IMG/VR virus record: IMGVR_UViG_3300016265_001829
Span: 1 to 40,571 of that record
Source: a virus
Taxonomy: Duplodnaviria; Caudoviricetes
Length of the DNA: 40,571 bases
Strand: one strand, 5' to 3'
Shown here: piece by piece, positions 8,639 through 19,100 of the stretch
Layout of the letters: every line of letters starts with the position of its first letter
Position numbering within the stretch: the stretch's first letter is position 1
The notes under the pieces: model-generated
What the model was told of the DNA's origin: nothing
Database searches by the model: none
The model's input: only the letters and a program-made list of their open reading frames with translations
Program-made: the position numbers and the translations under genes

Positions 8639-9433
8639 ATGTCAGATTATTATGTTTTAGGTCAGGGCAAAGTATTTTTAGATGAAATTGACCCAATAAC
8701 TAAACGAGCAAAAGAAAAATCTCGATATGTCGGAAACGTGCCAGAGGATGGCTTTATCATTGCGCCCCAGACGCAAACTCTGGAACATTTTGAAAGCAAC
8801 ACAGGCTTTAACCGAAAAGACCAAAAATTTGAAAACCAACAGATGGCTCAGGTCACTATTAGGATGGAAAATATTGACAAAGAGAATTTAGCCGTCGCTA
8901 TGTTTGGCAATTCTTTGTCAATTGCTGCTGGTACTGTGACAGCAGAAGCCCACACTGCTCACCGTGGTTATTCGTTCCATTTAAATAGGATAAATGCTAC
9001 CGCTTTTACCTCTTTAACTAGCGCAGAAACAGAGCCTACTACTTACGTTGCGGGAACTGATTATCAGATCGTAAATTTGAAAACTGGAGAAATTTTTATT
9101 CCTGAAGATAGCGGCATTTTTACGCCCTCTAATCCTGATGCTGTTCAAGTGCGCGCTAATTATACTGCTGGAAAGATGGATCGAGTTACTGGATTTAGTC
9201 GAATTAACACTGAACTATGGGTGCGTTTTAATGGAGTAAATATCGCTGGAGATCAAGCTCCAATAATTGCCGAAGTGTTTAAAGTTCGATTTAATCCAGT
9301 TTCGGCCTTGGATTTTATTAAAAATAATTTCCCAGGGATGCAATTAGAACTAATCGGTGAAGCTTTGTATGAGCCGTTATTAGATACTGTACCAGGTTAT
9401 GAAGGCGGATTTTATCGGGTTTCTACGGTATAA
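8639..9433 (+). CDS. Major tail tube protein
   Basis: YVLGQGKVF..YVGNV N-terminus, DKENLAVAMFG, strong SD AAGGAGG; upstream of chaperone and tape measure. Confidence 0.85.
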   Translation: MSDYYVLGQGKVFLDEIDPITKRAKEKSRYVGNVPEDGFIIAPQTQTLEHFESNTGFNRKDQKFENQQMAQVTIRMENIDKENLAVAMFGNSLSIAAGTVTAEAHTAHRGYSFHLNRINATAFTSLTSAETEPTTYVAGTDYQIVNLKTGEIFIPEDSGIFTPSNPDAVQVRANYTAGKMDRVTGFSRINTELWVRFNGVNIAGDQAPIIAEVFKVRFNPVSALDFIKNNFPGMQLELIGEALYEPLLDTVPGYEGGFYRVSTV

Positions 9434-9470
9434 TCAAGATGGTTAGTTTGTTGTAGTCTAATGTTTAAAC

Positions 9471-9492
9471 GGACGGCAAAACCGTCCTTTTT
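9471..9492 (+). terminator. Rho-independent terminator after tail tube gene
   Basis: GGACGG-CAAAA-CCGTCC-TTTTT. Confidence 0.7.
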
Positions 9493-9499
9493 GTTATTT

Positions 9500-9940
9500 A
9501 TGGCCACCAAAAAGAATCAGTTGTCTGTGTTAATTCCCGATCGCAGTTTTAATACTTCGATAGGAGACTTAGTTCTTAAGCCGTTTAAGTTTAAGCAGTT
9601 TAACACTGCTTTAGAAATTATTCAGAAATATGTTCAATTTATTCTTGGCGGCGAAGACGTAACGACGGGATCAATCGTTAGTTTTTTACTCGAAAAAAGC
9701 GAGGAAGATTACTCGGTATTAGTCGATATTGTTAAGCTTTTGAGCCTTGTTTCTGGCAAGGAATCTGAAGAAATTGATGAGCTAACTTATGATGAGGTTT
9801 TTGCTTTGTTGTCTGAGGTGATTGATCAGAATAAGGATTTTTTCTCCCGGATAGGCAAGAAAATCAATCCCGGCCCAGTGGCAGAACCCAACGGGGAGAC
9901 TCCGGAGGTGACGACTGGGGAATCCGAGTCGCTAGGCTAA
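9500..9940 (+). CDS. Tail assembly chaperone (gpG-like)
   Basis: Between tail tube and tape measure; ATG 9500 preferred because the 9461 start would run through the terminator. Confidence 0.8.
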   Translation: MATKKNQLSVLIPDRSFNTSIGDLVLKPFKFKQFNTALEIIQKYVQFILGGEDVTTGSIVSFLLEKSEEDYSVLVDIVKLLSLVSGKESEEIDELTYDEVFALLSEVIDQNKDFFSRIGKKINPGPVAEPNGETPEVTTGESESLG

Positions 9941-10119
9941 TTCGATTTGGCCACTCCTGGCAAGAAATTCAGGAGTACACCTACGGACAGATTAAATTAT
10001 TTGCTGAGGCGGCGGTAGAGATTGAGAAAGAGGAAAGGAAACTCAACCTCTTGGAATCGGCTATCGCCGCGCAAGGCAATAAGGAAGCGATCGAGAAAAG
10101 ATTGAAAGAGTTGGGGTAA
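9500..10119 (+). CDS. Tail assembly chaperone long form (gpGT-like) via -1 frameshift
   Basis: In-frame slippery heptamer T TTT TTC at 9838-9844. The -1 frame is open from 9835 to 10119 (..GHSWQEIQEYTYGQIKLF..KRLKELG*) and ends 5 nt before the tape measure ATG. Confidence 0.75.
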
Positions 10120-10124
10120 TAGTC

Positions 10125-13100
10125 ATGCGAGCAGATTTGTCGGGATTTTTTGCGGTTGTTAATGCGATCGAACAGATCAACCGAACGATTAATGTATTCA
10201 GTATTGGGCTATCAAATTTAGAAAAATTTGGCAATCTTTTACAAAAACAATCACAACAGCAGCCTAAAAGGTTTGGTTTTCCAAGCACAATACAAGTTAG
10301 AAACTTGCAAATAAAAACTGGATCAGTAGTTTTGAATGCCAGTTCAGTAATTGTACAAACCCAAAAAAAATTATCAACTCCTTTACAAAAACCATCCATT
10401 GTTAAGAACACTCCCAAGCAAGAAAAATCAAAAACTGTCACTAATGTTCAAGGTGACAATCTTGCCACAAAACCACAAAAAGAAACAACTATTAAAAAAC
10501 CTCGAAAAAGCGGAGGCGACTCCGCACCGTCGCACGTTGCAAAAAAAACCGCAGCAAAAAAAAGCGAGTCTGCTAAAGACCAATTTCAAGTTTTATATCA
10601 AAAAACAAATAATACTGCTTTAGCTAAGGCAATTAGTGAGCATTTATCAAGTGTTGTGCTTACCGTTAAAGTTAGTGAGTTTCCACATAAAAAACCAGAT
10701 AATGCAGATTTGGCTAAAGCAATTAGTCAGCAATTGTCAAAAGTCACGTTTAAAACAAGTGAACGCAGTAATTTTATCAAAAATCTTACAACAGGATTTA
10801 CTTATGGAATAGGAGGAACTTTAGGGCAAAGATTTACTAGCGGCTTTGAGCAAGGAACTGGAATTAATAGCCGTTTTTTAGGCAAGCAAACAGGAAAAGC
10901 GGCACGCTATCCTTTCGTTCTTGTTAATGAATTTAAAAAAGGATTTTTTGGTGAAGACACTCAACTAAATTTTAAAGACAAAGAAGATCCTGACGAAAAT
11001 ACAGGAAATAGTTCAAGTTCTCCTCCTAAAAAACCAAGCGGTGGATCAGGTGGAACAAATAAAAAAACTTTTGGCAATAATTTATTAGAAAGGTTAGTTT
11101 ATCAACAAGGGCAAAAACTAAACAATAAGGTTGATCCAAAAGATGCAATCCATGCTTTTATTGACTTATGGGCAAAATGGTCAAAAGAAACAAACGTAAG
11201 ATTCGCAGTTCCGCAATTTATTGAAACAATTCGGCAAAAATCTGATAAAGAATCTTTTAGTGATAAACAAATTAATGAAACATTAGAAAAAAGAAAAAAT
11301 TTTTTAAAAGAAGAAATTGCCAAAGAAGAAAAGCTTCCTGATAATCAAAAAATAAAAATTAACGAAACAAGGCAAAAAAAACAACTTTTAAGCCCAAAAG
11401 AACAATTAGCTTATATTGAGTTTTTAGAAAAACATCGTAAAGATTTGTATAAAAAACTCGGCAAGATTTTGTTTAGGTTTAGAGGGCAAAACAAATTAAA
11501 ATTTGAAGAGTTAATGGCGATTTATTATTATACCGAATCGCAAGGGTATAAAGAAATGAATCAAGTTTTGCGAGGACAATCAAAGCCTTTAGCTGAAAAG
11601 TTAGACATTAAAGAAAAAAACTTAATACGTAGCGCAGATAAAAATATTAAAGTTGCTACAAGTGGATTAAATAGATTGCCTGGATTTAAAGGGAAAACTT
11701 ATCGAGGCTTGGATTTTGCCACTATGGGCATTGATCCTGATGAATATTATAAAGTAGGACAAGTTATTGAAGAAAAAGGATTTACTAGCACAACTAAAAA
11801 TCAAACAATGCGTTATCCAGGAAATGTTGTCTGGGAAATAAACGCAAACAAAGGTGGAAAAGATATTTCAGAAATAGAAGCTTTTACTAATGAGGAGGTT
11901 TTATTTCCGCCTAATTCTAAGTTTAAAGTTGTTGGTAAAAGACGAGTTAAAAAATTTGGCCGTGATTTTTGGGTAATTGAATTAGACGATGTTAATAACG
12001 AAACGGTTAATTTGCCTGATGTGCAAGGTGATTTTGAAAAAAATCAAGCACAAACATCAGCTTCTAGTGTAAAAACACCGCAACCACAACGCAGAACTAG
12101 AAAAAGACAAAGTGCTAACATTCCAAGTGTAGAGTTACAAATAAAACCAAATGAACCTAATCAAGTTCCGACTCGGACGGATACTCCGGGAAGACCTGAC
12201 GGAAGCGGAAATCAGCCTCCCGATCGCAGTCTTGACGTTGTTCCTGTGGGACCTGTGGAACTTCCTATTGGTCCCCGCAACAATGTGGATATTGAAGCCG
12301 AGCCGACTAGAGGAGGAGGACTTGCCCCGCTGGCGGGACAACTTGATACTTACCAAAAAACGCTAAGGGAATCCTTAGCTAGGGGTTTAGAGGTTAAAAA
12401 AGCTCAAACCGACATAGAAATTGAGCCAGGGCTTTGGGTTGACGTTGAACAGTTAAATCAAGGGTTCGTCAAGCGAACCCAAACTCAATTAATCCTTTTT
12501 TGGGAAAAGCTTCGGACTAATCTAGGCAAAGAAATTAATCGGACTTTAGCCGGTCTGTTGGGGACTATTCCGGGGGCGATGCTGGGGCGCGGCTTAACTG
12601 GGGATCCAGTTGGGGGGTATCTGGGGGGGATGGCCGGGCGCTTGATTGCGGAAACGGGATTCCAGGATGTTTCCAATTTTCGATCCCTTCAACAGCAAGG
12701 AATGTCCCCGGCTACGGCTGAATTCTGGCAACAATTTGGCAACAATAGAAAGTTTTTACCTAATACGCTTCGGAAAACCGCCGTCGGGTATGTCACGGGG
12801 TCGGTGGTTGGTCGGGGCATTAACGACGTGATGCAAGCCACGGGAGCCAATCAATTGATTAGTGCTTTGATGCCATCGTGGTTAGAAACTGCGATCGGGG
12901 ACGGGATTAATCGCACTATCAAAACCATAGCCGATCCTAATATCGATTTGGCTATTCCCAATTTACCGCCGGCAGCAAACAAGATTTTATCCGCTCCCTT
13001 GCACGCCGTGGGGAAATCTGTGGCAGCCCAAGGATTTTTGGGTAATGTGGCAACTTCTTTCCTAGACCATCAAACCAAGACCGCGTTAATGCCAGTGCGG

Positions 13101-16100
13101 GAAGCGTTAACAAGCGCTGGTCAGGCTTTGGGTGGGGAGGGTCTGCTAGGGGAGTATTTGGGCGATCGATTTACTGGATTGGGCATTGGAGCGATTCAGG
13201 ATACTGCTAAGGCAAGCGGCCGAGGAGTGGCGGGGATGATTGCGCCGGGGTTGCCGGCTGAGGTCAGAAATTTTATTGCGGATCAGGTAATCAAGCAAGG
13301 TATCCTCGATGGCACGGTCAGGGATCAAGTGGCTCCCTTTTTGGCTAGTCGGGCCGGGACTGACGTTTTTGCCCGTGGGGTCAAAGTTCCTGTTACTGGA
13401 AAAATTGCGGGAACGATTAATCAAACTTTGGATAAATACGATCCTTTCGCGATCGCGCCTAAACAATCACTTACCGATGAGCAGATATTATTAAATCGAC
13501 AACAGCGACTAGCTAAGAAGCGCACAACTGCGATTAATGCTGTTGAAAATTTATTTAATCGTATTGACAAAAGCGTTGACGAAACCACTAAGGCAGTGGT
13601 GGGCATTGGTAATGGTTTCTTAGGCTTTTTTGATAATATTCGCACTAAAACCTATGATTTTGCCAAGAAAACAGCAGGGTTGACTGACAATCCAATAACT
13701 TTAATTGATCAATACGTTGTTTATCTTGATCAATTGGTTCAAGATGCTCAAAAACAAGCAGAAGAAACAGTTAAGGGAATTATTCCTGATTACAAAAATT
13801 TAACGATTCCTGAGCGAAAAGAAGCGATTGGAAGCTACAAAGAAAAAGTAGCCACAGAAGTTAAAAAGTTTAGAATGGCGATTGAGGACGGGGAAAGTCA
13901 AATTGCTTTAGAAATTGGTGAAAACATTTTAGCGTTAGTAGAATCAACCCGAAAAGTTTACAAGGATTTACTGGAAGCTGTGCCGTCTGATCTTAGTGGC
14001 ACTAAATCAATTGAGGCTAATCAACGCTATTTAACTAGCGTTCAAACCGAAGTTTTAAAAGGACAGCCTAACCTTAAGGGACGGGCTAAAACTGGTTTAA
14101 TGCAACTGGTTGGCACAGAAACCAGCGAAGGGTTTATTAAGGGGATTGAAGAAAGGTTAAATAAAGTAAGAAATAGCGGAAAAGAGTTAGCAGAATCGGC
14201 TATTGAGGGAGCTAAAAAGAGATTAGGTATTCAATCGCCTTCTAAAGTATTTAAAGAAATTGGTGAACAAGTTGTAGAAGGCTTTAAACGTGGGGTTAGT
14301 GAAGTAAAAGAAGTTTTGCAAGAACCAGTAGAACAAACTTTACAAGCAACGGAAAAAGTTTTAGATAATTTTGCTAGTTCCGCTCAAAATGCGTTTGATA
14401 AGTTTTACGAAGCTTTAGCTGAAAAATTTCCGATTATTAAAGAATTTAAAGACATAATTCTCGGATTTATTGCGACTGTAGCCGTAGGAAATGTTTTTCA
14501 GTTTTTAGTTAATGTAATAACTGAATTGGCCAACGCTTCTTTTACCGCAGTAGTTGAATTAGAGTCAGTTCGCACAGCTTTAATAGCTGTAACAGGAAGT
14601 GCCGAAAAAGGAGCAAAAGGATTAGCTTTTGTGCGAGAAGAAGCACAAAAATTAGGAGTAAATTTACAAACTCTTGAAAACGCCTACGCTGGTTTTATCG
14701 CTGTCACTCGCTACACTCCTTTACAAGGAAAACAAACGGATCAGATATTTAGTGCTTTTACTCAAACCGCCGCTTTGCGAGGATTGTCAAACGAAGAACA
14801 ATCCAGAATGTTTCAGGCGATTAATCAAATTATCTCGAAGCGAAAATTATCCGCCGAAGAAGTGCGTGGACAGCTGGGCGAGATTCCTGGGCTTGCTTTT
14901 GAATCTACCTTAGCGCGATCACTAGGGGTAGCACCCGCTCAGTTAACTGATATGATGAAAGACGGGCTGTTATTTGCCGAAGATATTCTTCCCAAAGTAG
15001 CGGCTCTTTACCAGTCAGAAAATGCCGCAATTCAAGGAAGTACAGAAACAACTATTCAAGCGGTTAACCGTTTTCAAAATGCAATTACTAATTTACAGAG
15101 AGGTTTTGAGTTTTGGATTACTGGCTCTCAACTATTCTTTAATTTGTTTGCTGCGGGAATCGAAAACTTAAGCAAAATTATTCCTGTTATTGTTAAATAT
15201 TTAGGGATTTTCTGGGCAGCTTTATTTATAGATTTAGCTCAAATTACTATAGATTTAGCTAAGTTATTTGCCAGTTTTAAAAGTGGTGGAGTTTTGTTTA
15301 AAAATTTTGCTCAAGTTGCAGTACAAGCATTTGCCGCAATCAAAAAAGCCCTTGTTAAATTTTTAATTCAATTTGGTTTAATTACTCTCGCTGTTGATGC
15401 TGTGGGAGCGGCAATTTATGTCCTTTCTAATAATGCGTTCCCTGAGTTAAAAAAAGGCATCGAAGAAGCCACAACTAGAGCTAATCAACTAGAGCAAGCT
15501 TTGCAAAATGTAGGGAAAGCAACTCAAGCTATACCTAGAGAGTTACCTAAAACCGAAGAAGAAATCGTTACCACCCGCAATTGGAATATTTTAGGATGGA
15601 ATACTGGTTTTAATTTAGAGGGGACTAGGCAGTTTTTAAACAACATTGATAAAGCTTTAGGTTTTGAGCCTATGCTAACAACGTTAGGACAGCAAGAGCT
15701 TGCTAATTTTCAGGAAAATGTTGGGGGATTGCTATCTCAGGTAGATAAAAATCTTTTTAAACAGTTTGACGTTGAGAAAACTATTAAAGAAATTCGTGAG
15801 CTTGATAAAGAATTAACTCAAGCTCGTTCTCGACAATTTAATATTCCTGCGGGGGATAAAAAACGCTATGAGGCGGCAATTAAAGAACAGCAAAAACTTA
15901 TAGAAGAAAGAGATAAAAAACTAAGTGTCACGGCTAGTTTTGAAAAAGCCTTGCAAGGCGATAAAGCTGAAATTGAAAAATATCTAAAAACCTTAGATGA
16001 ATTAGTAGCGAGACGGGGAATTACAGAAGATGCAGAAAAATCAATCAGAGCGCAATTAGAACAAAGACTAAAGGATATTGATAAGACTTCGACTGCGTTT

Positions 16101-19100
16101 GACGATTTAATGTCAAATTTGCAAAAAAGCGTCAACGCATTGACTTTGGCTTTAAGAAATCTTAACGAGCAAGCGTCGTATTTCAACGAGACCCTACAGC
16201 GCAATGCTACCAATGCCAGAGTTCAATTTATCCGTCGGGCAAGGGCGGCGGGAGTAGGAAGTCAAGTCCGAGACTTAGGACTTGATGAGATTGAACAAAA
16301 TACCTTAGAGGCAAGGATAGTTTTTTTGCGAGATCAGTTGGGCGCGGTGAACGAACTCTTAACTAAACCTGACTTTGCTGATGTGCTGACAGACCTCCGG
16401 CAACAGGCAGAGGATATGGGCTTTAACCTTGAAAACACGGCCACCATCGATCGCTTAATTTCAGAGAACCGCTCCCAACAGGAAACGGCTGTCCTTAATA
16501 CTCTCAAGGAACAATTAAGGCTACAAGACGAGTTGGGACAAGCTGAGGAAAATTTAGAGCAGTCGATTTCTAGCACGCGATCGGGAATTAGAGACCTGAA
16601 TAATTCGGTCGAAGAATTTTTCTTTAACCTCACCCAACGGATTGAGGAAGCGATTGTCGAGGTTGATCGCATCCTTAACAAGCTGAAATACACTGATATT
16701 AAGAACAGATTACAGCGTGCTTTAGTGCCGGGGTCTGACACCTTTGTTAATGGATTAGTCAGTCAAATTCAAGGGATTTTTGACCGGGCTTCGGGAATTG
16801 TCGAGCAGTTGTTAGGGCAACGGTCAGCGAGGATTAATTTTGTTGGGGAGCGGAGCGGCTTACAGAGTGAGTTAGAAAATTTCACTCGCAACTTGGGGGG
16901 AGCCACGGAAGCTTTAGAGTTATTCCGTCAGGGCTTGTTAGGTAGTCAGCCGTCGGGTGTTAGTAGTCAGCCGTCGGGGGGTGGTGGTCAACCCTCAGCG
17001 TCGGGGCGATTCGCTTTAGGAAAAATAGGCAGTACGGGAATCGGCTCCGGCCCTCACTTGCACTTAGCTGGGAAAGATGCCAAAGGCAACGTTATGTCAA
17101 AAGAGCGTTTAAGGGAACTTTTCTCAATGGTCTATGTGGACGGAAAACCCTTAAGCGAGCAAATCGATAAAATTACCAGCGGGTATGGGAGGAGACGACG
17201 ACCAGTGCCAGGCGCATCAACAGATCATCTTGCTTTTGATTTTGGGTTTCCCAGAGGAACCCCGCTCGAATTTCGAGGCGCGGCATCTTCAGCCCGAAGC
17301 TATTTCACTTCAAAAAATGGGAACACGGTAGAACTGACCTTACCCACTGGGGAGAAACTGCTATTTTTACACCTTGATTCAGTTGCCGATCTGGGAACCA
17401 TTCAACGCGGGCGGGTGAATACTCCAGGAAATACGACCGGGAATACTCCGCGCCGAGGGATGCCGAATGTTCCTTTTGCTTCTTTGATTGAAAGCGCCGC
17501 TAGACAAGCTGGGATTGATCCATTATTATTTGCCGCTCTGATTAAAAAAGAGTCAACTTTTCGCCAAGAGAGAAAACCAGGACAAATTTTGACCAGTTCT
17601 GCGAACGCTTTAGGAATAAGTCAATTAAAGCCTGAAACTGCTAAAGAATTAGGGGTAAATCCCTATAATGTTGCTGAAAATTTACTTGGCGGAGCGAAAT
17701 ATCTTGCTAGAATGCTTGAGCGATTTGGGGGAAATATCGAGTTAGCTTTATCAGCTTACAAAGCAGGCCCAGGTAATGTTAGAAATAATCAACTAGCTCG
17801 CGGCACGGTTCGAGATGTGGGAATGGTTATGCAGTATTACCGGGAATTTCAGCAAGCGGGTCAGGTCGCTAGTGCTAATCAACCTGATGTTCCCAATCCC
17901 CCAATCCCTAATGTTGACAATACTGCCGCTCAAGGATTAACTAATCGTTTGATTCAAATCAAGGAAAATCAAGTTAATTTAGGCGATGCTGATGTTCGTC
18001 AAGAAATTGAAAGTTTTGTCATTCAATTGCGGCAAACTCAACAGGAAATCCTGCGACAAATGGGCGATTCAATTCGGCAAAGTACCCAATCAGTAACTGA
18101 GGCTCAAAATAGCCTGCAAGACATTCGATCGCAATATAGTCCCCAAACTCAAAGCGCACAATTAGAAACCGAATTGCGCGGGGTAGAAAATCAATTCCGT
18201 AGCTTGGATAATCAGCTATTTGAGCAAGAAAGAGGCTTAAGTGACAATATTCAGGGATTAGATAAGCTTTTAGGGCAAATTAAACCAATTATAGAAATTC
18301 TAAGCGCTTCTACTAATCAAGTGGATCAAGAAAGTGCTAGTTTTCTAAGGGGATTAATTGGGCGAATTGAACAAGATAAAACTACCTATTCGGGGATGTT
18401 GACCGAAATTCAAAAGTTAAGAGGTCAGTTAAAAGAGGGAAAACTTGACGCTGAAAACTTTGTCAGAGCGCAAGCTAAACTGAGAACTATTCAAGCTGAT
18501 CTAGAAAGAATTGGCACGGAATTGTCTATCGCCCAACAAAAAAATAATCTTGAGCAGGAACGAGCGATCGCTTTATTGCAATCTCGGCAACAATTAGAAT
18601 TAGAATTATTACAAATTTCCCAAGATTTTGAAGGTGAGGATAGAAATAAACGATTAGCTTTAGCTAGAGAACAGGCACGATTAAGAGAGCAAGAAATTGA
18701 GTATCAATTCCAATCAAAATCTTTAAGTCAGGAAACTGAGTTAATTAATCAACGGTTAGCGATCGCTCAAAATTTGAGTAATTTAGGCAAAATCAACGAA
18801 CTGGAATTATTGCAATCTCAGAAGCAATTAGAACAAGAAATCCTCGAAATCAAAAAGCAATACCCAGACATTGCTGACCAAGAAAGAAGAATTAACTTAG
18901 CCAAAGAACAGGCGCGATTAAGGGAAATAGGAATTGAAAATAATTTTTACAATCAACGCTGGCAACGGCAGCAGGAATTATTCGATATGGAAAGTCGAAT
19001 AGTTGAAGCGCGAGCGACAAGATTGGAAAGATCCGGCCAACCCTTTGAAGCGGCGGCTATGCGCGAGGAATTAGCTTTTAGGGCAGAATTACTGCGGTAC

